64,000 bases of DNA from Lingula anatina (GCA_051362555.1 CM120642.1:21204001-21268000); one strand, 5' to 3'. Shown: positions 1 through 13,339, counted from the first letter of the stretch. A program made the numbers and translations. The notes: generated by a model from the letters alone, not told the origin.

Positions 1-156
1 ACTTAAATTATGTAGGTGGTAAATACAGCAGTGGCCCCACGAACAGATCCACCAACCTTGTGTGTATGTAACAATAGCATGCACCGTAACGGCATCTGGC
101 AAATGTAAGGTTCTCATTACCTATTCATCACCCGGGCTGAGATGACCAGGAATTAC

Positions 157-259
157 CACCGCGGTGAAAATTATTTTTCACCGCGGTGAAAATAAATTCC
201 CACAGAGGTGTAAATTATTTTCCACCACGGTGTAAATTTTTTTTACCGCGGTGAAAATT
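157..259. repeat. Minisatellite of palindromic ~23-bp units (TTTCACCGCGGTGAAA)
   Basis: About five copies of ccaccgcggtgaaaatt-like palindromic units; probably a subterminal repeat of a DNA transposon remnant. Confidence 0.7.
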
Positions 260-1034
260 CCATAAAATAAAACTTAAATGAAAATAGAAAAAAGTTAATA
301 TGATACTAACAGAGCGCCATAGACCTGCAAAGAAATTCAAGTCCGTGGAAGTTCACACCATGAAAATGCCAATACGTGAAAAAAAAAAAAACCTACAGAC
401 TATAACTTACAGAAAAAGAAATTGGACTCAGTGGCCCAATGTCAGTCCACCAGCGATAAACTATCTTGGAAGTTGAATACTGAAAGCTGGTGATCATACT
501 ACGTCGGAGTCAAAAGGAGGCGTGTTAACTAATCTGATTGCATTTAGCGAAAGTCGCCGAGGAGTAAATGCGAACTTGCTGATACGATAAATTAATTGTG
601 AACGCAGCCACTGATATCCTTGATCGACGGTCAAATTGACCATGTCGAGAGCCGGGGGGGGGGGGGGGGGTCGTTAACGTTACCCTCTTTCGTACTAGGA
701 CCTAATGCTCGTTATAAGGGAGTCTTGTAAAAGCCTTGTCTGCAAGCTTCGCCTGCGACATGTAACAGTATTACACTCATTGCGCTCCAAAATATCGCCT
801 GCTCGTTGCTGAGCTTTATACACCACACCTACCTTAGTTTGTGCATCAGTAAATTGACAAGAAAGTTTGGTGCAAGTACGAAACTTCCATTAAATTCCTG
901 CCAGTTCAACAGGCTATTGTGTACATTTTCTGCTCCATCTTATGCAGCGTATCTAGGGGAGAATGCACGTCATTGGTGGAACGTAAGGATAATCGATTTT
1001 TGAAGACATGGTCAATTTTTATTATTTTTAGTGA

Positions 1035-1035
<1 letters not shown>

Positions 1036-1082
<47 letters not shown>
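1036..1082. repeat. (ATT)n microsatellite
   Basis: Perfect tatt/att run; produces the poly-Ile ORFs in the ORF track. Confidence 0.95.
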
Positions 1083-1589
1083 GGTAATGAGACCAAGGTA
1101 CACATATATGTCTTTAAATTATACAGGACATCTGTCAAAGAAAGAACTGCATTGTCTCCTTGAATTCCCCAACAGCACATTAATTGTAACCTCCTTACGT
1201 GCCCCGTTTAATCTAAAGCGCTTAGTTCTATCAACCTTTTATAAATGAGAAAATTTGTAAGCATGTTAGTATCATACTATGAAAGCTTTTACTGAGTTGA
1301 AAAGAATTTAATTTGTGATGTTTATTCAAAACTTTTGCACTGAGAAATAGAAAACCGAGAATTTGGTTGGCTGGAGGCAAACCATAACTTGATCACACGT
1401 AGGCCTACCTGGCGCAACTAGCTGTTGGTTCCAAACAGGCTTAGACGTATTTTAGCCCGGTATTGGCTAACAGAGTAACCTTTAAATGCCAGCAGTCAGT
1501 TCCCACTTGTGAGAATCTTTATTAACAATAAAAGTGCTGCGTAAAAATATCAGAAAGATCGGTTATAAAAAAAGAAAAAATGTGACATT

Positions 1590-4150
1590 GGGTGTGGTCG
1601 TCCCTGGGGGTGGTCGATTTTTTTTTAACAGCGTGATTTCTGCTATCTACCCTTTGACCATTAGAGTTTAAAACCTAAAACCTATCTACCTTTAGATTTC
1701 AGGACATGTAACGTTGGGGATTGATAAACCAGTCATATTTTTATGCATGTACAAAACCCTACACACTCAGAAATCGACAGATGTTGTGACTTAATACCAA
1801 ACAATTTTTTTTACCCAAGAACTGTTATTAACATGTGTTTTTAATAAAAGGGAACAAGAGGACTTGGACCCTAGGATCCCCGATAGAATGGGGTCTTGAT
1901 TTTTTTTTTTTCTTTATATAACTTGACATAAATTCAACCGTATGGCCGAAAATCTGTTATTAAACTTGGTTGGTCAAACTATGCAGGGAATCTCACTTTT
2001 ATAAGTGCAATCAGCAGAATCAGTTTTATTGTCTGACACGCCACCAATCACCCTCCTCCCTCCAGGGACGGTCACATCCAAAGTCACAGTAAAATACCCA
2101 TGCACCAAATATTCATGTTCCTAACTCGAATGGTTCAAGAGGAGTTGGATGAAAGAATTTACGGTAAAAATATTACAGTCAACTATCCCTAGGAACTGCC
2201 ACACAACAAGTCACCAAAAATTCCAATGTGCCCCCACACATCTCTAACGATGCGTTAATTAATCCTCGACGTTTAAACCTCCTCAATATTAGGTCCAGGG
2301 TAGATAGCGGAAACTACGATGCAAAGATTACAACAACCAAGATTAGAACCAACCAACCCAAGGGACGGACAAACCCATAGTTACAAAAATGCGAAGGACA
2401 CATGCACATTCCTAATGAAAAGTTTAAATAGCCCTAATGTCTCATGTTCCTCACTGTATTGGATAAGGGTAGATAACAGTAACAACGATATAAAATATAT
2501 TCAACCACCCCAAGGACTGCAAAGTCACGCTTAATTTCCGAAGAGCCTTTGCATATAGGTTTATTAATTCCCACTGATTCAGCTTCCTCAATCTACAGGT
2601 ATAACCACCCCCCACCCCCCAGGGACAATCACACCACAAGTAAAAAAAAATACGAAGTGCCCATGCACAATCCTTACGATAGCTTATTAATCCAACGCTT
2701 TAATTCCCTAACTCTAAAGATATAAGGGCAAAAAATACAGTTGCAAAATGCGGCGGCGCTACAGAGGTGCAGAGCCGCATTTTCAATCGAGCACATTTTG
2801 CAACCAATTGCAAAATGCGGCCCTACTAAGTAGAGCCGCATTTTGCAACTGCAACGCATTTTGCCACCAAAGAAAATCGTGATATCGCATTTTGCAACTG
2901 CAACGCATTTTGCAACCAGGATTTTTTTCTAAGTCCCTGAAACAGTTTGAAGTACGAAACAGGTAGAATTGGAGTAGGGACGGGTACGCTGAAACTGGTC
3001 AGGCTGCCCCTGGGGCGGACGAAAATATATGATTTAATTCTCATTGTAATTTCCTATACTATGAAGTTGTAATGTCAGGGATTAATAAATATATTGTTAG
3101 GCCAGTGCAAGGGTACTTTTTTTTTGTAATTTGGGGGTGTGGACGTCCCTAGGGGTGGTTGATCATAATTTTTACATTGTATTTTCTGTTATCTACCCTT
3201 GTATCTTGAGAATTACGGAATAAAAGCGATGGGGATTAATACACTTTCGTAAGAAATGTCTGTGGGTACTTCAGAATTTTTTATGACTTGGGGTGTGGTT
3301 GTCCCTGGTGATGGCTGAGATCGTTAGAGATGTGTTTGGGCACATTGTATTTTCTGTTATCTACCCTTGAATCTTGATAATTAGGGAATAAAAGCGATGG
3401 GGATTAATACACTATCGTAAGAAATGCCTGTGGGTACTTCAGAATTTTTGATGACTTGGGGGTGGCCGTCCCTGGGGATGGTTGACGGTAATATTTTCAC
3501 CGTAATTTCTTTCATCTCTTCCTAGACCATTTGAGTTAGGAACACGAGTCTTTGGTGCATATGGCTACAGGGGAATTTCAGTGGGACCTCGGGTGTGACT
3601 GTCCCCGAGGGGGTGGGGTGACTGGTGGCGTGTCAGACAATTAAGCTGCATATTCATAAAAAGTGACTGGTTTATCAATCCCCAACGTTTCATGTTCCTA
3701 ACTCTAAGGATAGATAGTAGAAATAACGATGTGAAAAATAGAATCAACCACCCCCTGGGACAGCCATACCCCAAATCATACTAACATTCCCGAAGGGCCC
3801 ATGAATATCCTCAATGGCAAGCTTATCAATGCGGAAGGTTTCTTGTTCCTTATTCTTATGACGTAAGGGTAGGTAGCAGTAATAACGATACAAAATATAA
3901 ATCAACCACTCCAGAGACGAACACACCCTAAATTACAAAAACATTCCGAAGTGCCCATGCACGTCGTTCATGATAAGTAAATAACTCCCAAAGGTTACCA
4001 AAGGGTAGATGGCAGACATTACGTTGTAGAAAGAAAATCAACCACACCCAGGGACGGCCACACCCAATTAATGTCACCAAAAACCCAGAAGGACCCATAC
4101 ACATGCCCAAAGGCAGGTTTTTCAACAATCCCCACAGCGTTACGTTCCTA

Positions 4151-4182
<32 letters not shown>

Positions 4183-4530
4183 TCTAAAGGTAGATACATG
4201 TAGCAGAAATTACAATGTCAAATTATATTCAACCGCCCCAAGGACCACACCCCAAGTCAAAAAAAAAAATCCGAAGTGTCCTTCCACATCCCAAATAATA
4301 CTGTAGCTATGTTTCATGTTTTTAACTCAAATGGCTGATACAGTGGGTAGATAGCAGAAAATAGGCTGTAAAATTATAATCAGCCTCCCCCAGAGACAAC
4401 CACACCCCATGTCAATAAAATTCCGAAGTGCCCATGCACATTTCTTACGATAGTGTATTTTTCCCCAACGGTTTTACTTTTTTATTCTGAAGATATAAGG
4501 GTAGATAGTAGAAAATACGATGTAAAAATA
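1590..4530. mobile_element. Cluster of a non-autonomous TIR element family with modular internal repeats (CCCCAGGGACGGCCACACCCCAAGTCAC / GGGTAGATAGCAGAAA)
   Basis: The same ~140-bp modules recur in both orientations. The terminal motif GTAGAGCCGCATTTTGCAAC lies head-to-head at ~2807-2850. Same family as 17240-17430 and 20726-25580. Confidence 0.65.
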
Positions 4531-4550
4531 TATTCCAATCACCTACATAC

Positions 4551-4826
4551 CTTAGAAGGATGTGGGAAGTTGTGTTTCCTTGTGGACGGCCTAACTTGTT
4601 TTTTCTTTACACGGAATCTCTTCTGTTGATTTTCCCTGTCCAATATCTCCGTCCGTGGACCGTAGGTGATTTCAAACAAACTCATGTAAGGTCCGTAGTC
4701 ACTTGCCTCACTCCCTGGGGTCTTGGGGATGTGGTCTAACATTCCCCTGGTGTCCTCTTGAAGACCCCGTATCTGGTGAGCCATCCAATTACCTGGGAGG
4801 ACCGGTACATCCACTTCAGTAGCCAT
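4551..4826 (-). CDS. Probable first coding exon of an unidentified host gene (MATEVDVPVLPGNWMAHQIRGL...HNFPHPSK, 92 aa); later exons probably lie left of the window
   Basis: Acceptor cctcttctcAG before 4830; Kozak-like ACTATGG at 4826; 92 open codons of raised GC; ends exactly at the phase-0 donor AAG|GTATGT at 4551/4550. Confidence 0.65.
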
Positions 4827-5059
4827 AGTCCTGAGAAGAGGAGGCAATATTTGATAAATTTTAGAGTAAGATAAAGATGCAAACAACGCGTAAACTTTGG
4901 AGCTATATATGTGCGTGTTATATACGTAGCAAACGTAATTATAAAAGAGATTAAACGCCGTTGTCCTTAAGTTTTTCTTTGAAGGTTTTCAGTTTGTCAC
5001 ATGCACGACCTCCTCTGATTTATACTGTAAACTTGAGCTACGAGTACGATCCATGATGC

Positions 5060-5630
5060 ATTAATTACGCCTAGGGCTTTTAAAGGGTTATGGGAATGGC
5101 GATTATTGATGTCTATGAAAGTGAAGCCAAAGGTAACAACTTATTACGCCGAAGAGGTTTAAGATGCATATTTTGTGAGCAGCTTTGTCATATTATTGCC
5201 AATGCCACCATACATCGGATACATAAAGGCCCCTATAGCTGCAAATACTTAAATAATGTACAGGCAAAACAAAGGGTTTTTATCCTAATATAAGTCCCTT
5301 CCTGTTCAAGTGTTTCTGGTACATTGGTTTTAAATATAGGTGCGCCTCAGTTGTACATTTACATATATACCCTGTTTGTTTATGATTGCGTGATTAACCA
5401 GGGAAGCATCTAAATTTTAAAGTTTGCTGATGATGATACAACAGAAGGGCTGATATAGATATAACGACGAGACCATATATAAGCGTGATATTGAATTAGT
5501 GCTCAAACTGTTACGAATAACCTTGTACTGAATGATGGGAAAAACGAAAGAAATGGTTATATATTTAAGAAAGGACAAGGATGAGAAGAAGCCTGTATAC
5601 ATCGGTAATACCGTAGTTCATGACATTGTC
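5060..5630 (+). mobile_element. Degenerate LINE reverse-transcriptase fragment (Rex1/Babar-like)
   Basis: Frameshifted translation gives GAPQ ... ILKFADD.TT.GLI ... NNLVLN.GKTKEMVIYLRK. Confidence 0.6.
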
Positions 5631-6302
5631 AAGGTTAGACAAAACTACTAAATGACTGTCTTTACGTATATGTTTTGGAATTAAGTGTTCACTGACTGAA
5701 TTCGGTTGCATTTATACAAATGTCATTTCACCGATGATGTCATAATTGCGATTTTTGGGTAAAAACTGTAAAATCCCTACGCAGTATATGTCCTACTGTA
5801 TCTCCTACAAGTATAACGTTGTAAAAAGTATGATAATCTTCTGCATAGAGCAGTTAATATTTTTGGGCGACTTTAGCTTGCTTGTTACTGAATGTTAAAA
5901 AAAGGAGGGAAATACACCATACTGACAGTAAAATAGGCATTAAATAAATTATTTGCAATTCGTGGTCTAAATATTGTATCAGAAATATCAAATTTTCATG
6001 GAATCACATATTTTTCAGTCAGTTACAGAAAACCCTGTCACATATTGCACCAAGTACTTAGTCAAGATTAAACCTTTGGCAATTTTTCTGGGGAACATAC
6101 GTTGCGTAGTATTTTCCATGACGCAAAGCCCCTTGAATCCCAGTTTAAATAATTATAAAAACATCTTTACGACATATATAATTTACCATGAATGAATCAT
6201 TACAAAATATATCAGAACGCGATATAAATATTAAAATTATATGGCTGGAACATACAATTTTAGCTCCTTGCATAGTGTGCAACTTCGAATTCATTCAATT
6301 TT

Positions 6303-6532
6303 AGGGACCATTCCCACAGATATTTGGATTGATCTATCTCCCCGGAGAGTCTCATTAAATTAAATGTCTGTCACGCGTAGTATAGCTGTTATGGGGTAAT
6401 TATCTCTAGCCCTTGGCTGATTCGGTAAGCGTGACAGACATTTAAGCCGGTTAAGTTGATAGCAATTTAGTGAGGCTCCTCAGGGAGTTAAACCGATCCA
6501 GATGGATCGATCTAGGCATGGGAACTCAGCCT
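6303..6532. mobile_element. Fold-back MITE, copy 1
   Basis: Internal inverted arms (aaatgtctgtcacgc / gcgtgacagacattt); close homolog at 12917-13152. Confidence 0.7.
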
Positions 6533-7729
6533 TTTTTTTAAATACTTTGAGCATGTGAAATGCACTTTTAAAGGCCCTATTGGGTTAGGGTGTTAAAACT
6601 AAATGACGGCACGTGATTGAAGACCAAATATTTGGTGTCACCCATGCCAATTTTCCTGATAAGGACTTGTTCGGATATGAATTTACGCCCAATACTGATT
6701 GCTATCTCAACTCAAAAAAGAAAGCTGTTAAATTGACGATAAACGCTCCGAGTTGCTTACTCTTTGAAACAGGAAAGGATGAGTGCGAAAAACCATTGGC
6801 AAAGTGCCCATCGTCAAAATTTAAAAATAATTTGCTATTATAAAGTTAATGCATATATTTGTTGCATGGAAAAAAATATTATTTGGTTTGAGGTATCGTA
6901 ACTTAGTATTTTTAATGAGTTATATGTGGGTGGGGGGGTGGGGGGGTGGTAGCCGGATTTACCTGTTGTATGCAGTCTAATGAATCAGAGCAACTTGTTT
7001 CAGCATTTATATTGCATTAACGATTTTTTCTAATGAAACTTGTCTTGTGATGTAAAAAAGAGTTATATGTTAAATAATTGTGGTGTGGCACAAGTAAATG
7101 GGAAAGTAATTGTTGTTTTTTTTTAATCCTAGAGAAGAGAGGGAGGGGTGGTATATTACGGTATTTTCTCACAGAAGCCATCACTGATTTCACTTAACTG
7201 TATAAAAGTCTTGTTACTAGAAAAACTTGTTTCAGCGTATTTATTAATTTTATATAACTTTTCTCACAGACCCGCATTTGTTGGTCTAAATAATTGTATT
7301 TTTAACCAATACACATTTTGTACAAGGCTCTAAGGAATAGTAAAAAATGCTAAAAGCAAAAGGCTGTTACAGTACGTAACAACAACAAAAAAAATCATGC
7401 GTAAAAGCACTCTAAACAGCTATTTGGAATGTTTCCCTAAACCATAAAATAAACAAGGTATAAATTGTACCAAAATAATGATAAGGTATAACTAAAAACT
7501 AAATGAAAATATAGTACACATAATAACAGTTATGGCCAATAATCTGTATGACAATGAAATTAAATCACCTAAAAAGTACTTCATATATGATTATGTATGT
7601 GATAAAGACCTTGTATAGAATGCAATGCAAGAGTTATTTTATACAAAATACAGTATACAAATATGAGTATAAAAAATGTATAATGAAACAATGGATAATT
7701 AATCAGATGTGCTGTCCAAAACACTTTTT

Positions 7730-8190
7730 GTCTCGCTAATACTGTCACCACTTGATGTTGGTAAATGTGAGGTATCCAAACAGCCTTCTCCACAACATAA
7801 TTTTCAGTTGTATCCCTGCCTCATGGCAAACCCCATATACCACAGGACTGAAGTGATATGTGCACAACTTCCAACTGTCTTGGAACCAGCTTTACACTGT
7901 CAGTACCAGCGACTGATGGGTCTAGTTTTGCTATGGGAGGTCTGAATCCATAATGTGTACTGGTGGCTAGAAGTGTGGCTTAATTAACCATTTTGGCTCT
8001 GATTAAATCAGGTGCATCCTTGCATACACTGATTTCAAACTGGCCATCTAGCAGATGCTCATCAGTATATTGGCTAGCTTGCTTTATCTAGTAAACTTCT
8101 GGTATTTATTAAAGGCTGGTGGTCTCTTGTATGGACTATTTACCAAGCCAATAGGTTTTCACTGATTTCCTTGACAAATAAAGTCATTCA
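7730..8190 (-). pseudogene. Decayed C-terminus of an ISL2EU/Harbinger-related DDE transposase with a SWIM zinc finger
   Basis: Minus translation with stops and frameshifts: KQASQYTDEHLLDGQFEISVCKDAPDLIRAK...HQYTLWI...ISRWY*QCKAGSKTVGSCAHITSVLWYMGFA, matching the WYCxCKxGxRTVGCCAH motif. Confidence 0.65.
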
Positions 8191-8489
8191 TAGCATTTTG
8201 GTGAAAAAAAGGAAGAAAAAAACTCTCAAAGCTACTATGAATAGTGCTGGTGTGGAAGATTAGGTCATAAGTAACAAAACTAGGGTGTGTGTGATGGAGC
8301 CTTTTATTTTACTTTTTATGCAAAATAGACATAAAAGGGGACATTTACACAACAATTTTGGTTGTACAAAATGTACTTTCATGCCCATTAGAGGGGTTGG
8401 GTCAAGCTACCCTTATGTGTAGAGGTCTATTACAGCATGGGTCTCTATGTAAAGTAGGAGCCACCATAATGTACATCTGCTATTATGAT

Positions 8490-9038
8490 CAGGCCTACCC
8501 AACTACCAGACTCGGCACCTAAGGATCCTGAATTAACCGGTATATCGGACCACACTACCCGTTTTCAAGGTGTGTGTCAGATCGCATTTCGGAGTATCAG
8601 CCAGAACACCGACAGGATGAGCCCTGGCATGCTCGGCTGTCACTTTGATTGGATAGTAAACGATTGTCGTAAATCGCTATATGATTTTAAAACCGGGCGC
8701 ATAAATTTGAAAGCCACCTAGATGAACCTAAGACTGCCACATTAATCTAATACAATGCAAAAAGCCCTATCAAAAGTGGTTAAAACATTCAAACCGACTG
8801 TCGTAAAGTCCCCATATACCCCCATAGAGACAATAAAATAGAGTACTCTAAAGTAAGAGTACAGTTTCAGGTTGTTCAGCCGAGCGTGGATGAGCCCGCA
8901 GTCGTGCTACAAAATTTATTCTGGGGTATGATACTCCGAAATGCGATCTGACACACACCTTGAAAACGGGTAGCGTGGTCCGATATGCCGGTTAATTCAG
9001 GATCCTTAGGTGCCGAGTCTGGTAGTTGGGTAGGCCTG
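8490..9038. mobile_element. MITE with ~105-bp TIRs (CAGGCCTACCCAACTACCAGACTCGGCACC...) and a 5-bp TSD, ATGAT
   Basis: Long, near-perfect TIRs; ATGAT at 8485-8489 and 9039-9043; family copies at 38773-39051 and 49757-49817. Confidence 0.9.
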
Positions 9039-9169
9039 ATGATAATTAATATAACTTTGAATATCTGAAGAACATTTTACATTTAATCTTTCTTAATCCT
9101 AAGAAATAAGAATGAAAGTAAGATATACTTACTGTATTTGGACTCTATTTCCTATCCATATTTCCCCTT

Positions 9170-9208
<39 letters not shown>

Positions 9209-9280
9209 TTTTTTTTTTTTTTTAAATTATTATTATTATTATTTTATTTTTTATTATTATTATTATTTTTTTTTTTTTGA
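9170..9280. repeat. (TTTA)n/(TTA)n/poly-T low-complexity tract
   Basis: Read directly from the sequence. Confidence 0.9.
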
Positions 9281-10250
9281 TAGCATGCATTACATGAAAA
9301 TTACTTTTCTTTTTTTTGGTTGTAATTGAAAAAATTTTACTGACTCTAACCCCTATTTTCCTTTCAAAGACCTACATTTTATTTTGGGTTGTTCTTTTTG
9401 TTCAAAAGTTTCATTGTATCTGCCTAGCCATCCTACGTAAGCATGGAGCAGCTACCTCATGGCAGGAATAAACATGGCCGCCTGCTAGCATATGGACTGA
9501 AAATGTCCCTATTTAGTTTGAGTACATATCGAGCCCAACCCTCAGACAAGCTGATTTTCACATATATCTCACCTTATATTCATTTCTTTTCAACCGTGAA
9601 TAATTAGCTTGTCTGAGGCAGGGGCTCATATAAAAAATGAACATCTTTTATCCTCAAGTCACTGTAAGATTCTTCTTTCAATCAGCACTACATGTACAAA
9701 TAAAGCAATAAAAATATTGATCACAAAAAATGATTGGCCACATATTGCCTTACTTTTTTACATGGGCACCTTCTGTACCCAATTACAAAATTTCACAGTT
9801 GTCACCCTACTATAACTAAAGATATGTAGCATTGCAATTCAGACCCCCCCTCTAAAACACACATTTTCATCAATATTTGACAAGGTCATTTTGACATTAA
9901 TTTTTTATATTTCAAATTCAATAAAATTTTTTTTTAAGTGGATCATAAAAGTGTAAGACCCCAACTTTAATTTGGCATCAATTTTTTTCCATGCATTCAC
10001 AATTTATTTTTCATGTAGGCTACAAAGATGGGCACTTTTACCCCCTTATTCGCACTCATCCTTTGAACGCCGACATACTTCATTTTGTAGGGGATTTCTA
10101 ATGTTTTTATTGTTTTTAATCAGCAAAATGTTCGATGCATTATTGAATAATTAAATTTTCGATATTTTGCTGATAATAAACCCTGTCAGTAGGCTAACCT
10201 TAAGCAAGTGGACGATTTACGCTGCTTGGCGATTTACGCTGCTAGATTAA

Positions 10251-10600
10251 AGGGATAACAACTGTTCCTTTTGGCCAAAAATGAATTTTTCTGGGTAAAC
10301 AATAAACAACAATTTTCCCATATTAAGCAATGGTTAATGAATCTATTTCTACATTCAAAGTTAGAACCTAGTTTTTTTTCTAAGAAGTCTTTTTTTTTTA
10401 GTAGTTTTTTTTTTCTAAGAAGTTTTTTTTTTTTTTAGTATAGCCATCTATGCAGGTTACAAGGTACAATGGCAAGCACAGATTTAAGAATAATTGCTTT
10501 TACTGCCGTTTTTGTGGAAAAATAGAATATATTATACTTCTGTGAGTTGTTTACAATGTTTTTATTGTGAAATATAGAGTTTTAATACGAAGAGTTATTA
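10251..10600 (-). mobile_element. Kolobok-like MITE (older copy of 50432-50768)
   Basis: TTAA|AGGGATAAC left end; interior is the reverse-complement homolog of the 50432 element; right TIR truncated (gaagagttatta). Confidence 0.65.
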
Positions 10601-12040
10601 AATAAATAACAATTGACGTGGCATAATAACATACACAAATAGCTGAAGGAAGCTAGGCAAAGAGGGTACTTTTTAAGAAAGCAGGCATACTTTACAGGAA
10701 ATCAACTGATGCTATCTAATTTTTATAGATACATTATTGGACCTATGACAGTGAGTATTGGTATGGACGTGCCGCAGAGGAGGATACTAAGCGATTGGGC
10801 AGACTAAAAGAAGTAACAGACTAACACGATGAAATGTAGACGATTAAAAAAACTTTATCCGACCGCCACATGTCTTTCTAATAGTAAAACGATGTAATCT
10901 TGTTATCTCTGCTTTTTGTTTCACTGGTCTTATTTTTTCTATTTTATCTTTTATTAAAACCTGAGGTGGTAAATCAAGAGAGAGAGAGAGACTGGAAGAA
11001 TAAGAAATTACCAGAAGATACAGTGTGAAATCATTTTTGGTGATTAATCGAAGTTATTGGACATGTGAACTTCATAAGTGTTGCGCAAGAAACCTGTGCA
11101 TGGCTTATTTGACATGTGGAGTTCAGTAGTGTAACGTAGGAAAAAGGTGCATTAAGTAACCCTATTAGTTTATATGCGTTACACAGAAGGCACGCACCCG
11201 TACTATCATTTTTATGTATCATAGTCAGTTCTTGAGACAGGAAAGGGATATATCTGATGACCACGCTGTTGATGAACGAACGACGAGATTAACTTTGATA
11301 ATATAACACATGTCGGTATTAAAAAAAGAATTTACTGCGGTATTAAGAGAAGAGTACAGAGAACGTTGGTGATCAAGTCCATACCAAACAAGCTGGCTTC
11401 CATCACGTCCTTTTGTGAGCCTGCCCATAAAATACATACCAATATCCCCGTTCGAAATTTACAATTTGACCCCAGACTAGACGCCTGCAGTCATTCCTGT
11501 GGCAGTGTGTGTCTCTAGTTATTTAATCGAATTACCCCCCCCCCCCCCACACACACACACACAGACACACACGCGCGCGCGCGAGCGAGCGCAAGAACAT
11601 ATAAAATAATGTAAAATTTAAAGTAACACTGTTTGCACACGACCTGTTTGTGTAGCGACTATACATTTTACAGTCCCATAATTTCCATAAAATTTATCCA
11701 ATTTATGTGTTTCCGAAATAGCCCTTACCAAGCGAGTGGTCAAGTAAAATTATAGGAGAAATCCATGTATATGGTTCCCGCAAAGACGAACAAAAATGAA
11801 TTAATTTACGTATATTTATGTCTATTTTAATATCTTAAAAGACACCAAAGATTGATGCTTTTGGAAGCGATACTTCTACAGATAGGCAGTCACCCAGTGT
11901 TACTCACCAAAAAGATAGATGTGTGACTATGTTTCTGCTTGATTGAAACATTTACACCGCAAATAGCCTAAGCAGCATAGAAACAATAAGTTAGACTTTG
12001 CATCTTAATTCCCTACTAACTGTGTGACTTCGCAACCTAC

Positions 12041-12280
12041 CTCAGACCCTGACACTATTTTGGGTTAGTGTCACTGATCTGGTTTACTATCTGCTTCAAC
12101 TGGAGCTTCTAACTTCAGGTTTTTACTCTCTGAGACCGTGAGCTTAGAATGTATCGGGCACACAGCCCCTATGCTGTCAACATTCAACACAAAAAGAATG
12201 TCAGAATGTTGCATTTATTCCTATCCATGCGTGAGATTTGGTGAAAAGGCGGTCACCACGTCAGCGTCCTTGGCAACGTA
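12041..12280 (-). promoter_or_regulatory. Candidate promoter and 5'UTR exon: RFX X-box-like GCGTCCTTGGCAAC (12264-12277), CRE half-site (12257-12263), donor GAG|GTAGGT at 12041/12040
   Basis: Motifs sit in non-repetitive, CpG-containing sequence; the donor has the same orientation as the 4551-4830 exon. Confidence 0.4.
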
Positions 12281-12916
12281 ACTGAAAGAATAGGCTGGCG
12301 TGCGGAGCTAGTCCTGCTTCAATTGGTTAACTGCAGTAGATACTTAATAAAGTGAAGTAAAAATTAAAAGAAGTTCGTTTGCTTTAAGTCTTTAGATACT
12401 TCATTGTTGTATCTGGAAATTTCATTTATAACTGGTATATTAATCATGTTCAGCGGCAGCCCCCGACACAAGATCGATGCGGCTATCATTTAAATCAACT
12501 TCATTTGATTTTCAATAAAAGTCAATATCAAGTATAATTCAAGATCTTGATTATTGTCATCACTGTTTGCGTTACTCCTTTGGTTAATTGGGAACTGGAG
12601 GAAGGTCTTGATTTGTGATATTTTTACAGTAAGACCTGCGTTGATCCAGTTGGTTATAGGCCCTACTGCTTCTAATTCAATGTAGGCCTACATGTAATTG
12701 TAAGTTACAAAGTATATAAACAATATTCAGAATCGAGTCTTTTGAGGTCAGACAACTATAAACACGTATATAGGCCTATATTCATCTTTTATGCCCTTTT
12801 CTTTATACAGATAAGCAGAAAAAAATCGTAAATTCAATGTATTATTTCCTATTGTTGCTACTGTGACTTCTCATCAATTCCTAGGATTACCATCACGTCA
12901 AAAAACTAAATTTTAT

Positions 12917-13152
12917 AGGGACCATTCCCACAGATATTTGGATCGATCTATCTCCCTGCGGAGTCTCACTAAATTGCTATCAACGTAACGGGCACGTCTA
13001 GTATAGCTGTTAGGGGATAATTATCTTTACCTCCTAGCTGATTCGGTAGGCGTGACAGACATTAAAGCCGGCTAGTTGATAGCAATTTAGTGAGACTCCC
13101 CAGGGAACTAGACCGATCCAGATGGATAGATCTAGGTATGGGAAACCAGTCA
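12917..13152. mobile_element. Fold-back MITE, copy 2
   Basis: Homologous to 6303-6532 (tagggaccattcccacagatatttgga...ctaggtatgggaa). Confidence 0.7.
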
Positions 13153-13169
13153 TAAAGTGTGTATTAGGG

Positions 13170-13310
13170 TACCGTCCTTTTAAAGATGCAGTTTAACGTC
13201 TCTACTGATGTTTTTACGGCCAACATTGCTTTACTTCCCTGATCAGCTATGGCTTGCTGTGTGGTGGGGAACTTTGATTTAACAATAACCCTAGGCACGG
13301 TAAACTATTG
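13170..13310 (-). mobile_element. Short LINE ORF2 (RT thumb) fragment
   Basis: Minus translation LGLLLNQ/KFPTTQQAIADQGSKAMLAV resembles the post-YLG region of LINE RTs. Confidence 0.35.
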
Positions 13311-13339
13311 GTTACCTCAATTTGTAGGCCTACTGTGCA

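Noticed and set aside
906-1248. Poly-Ile ORFs on both strands
   Set aside because: Products of the (ATT)n microsatellite
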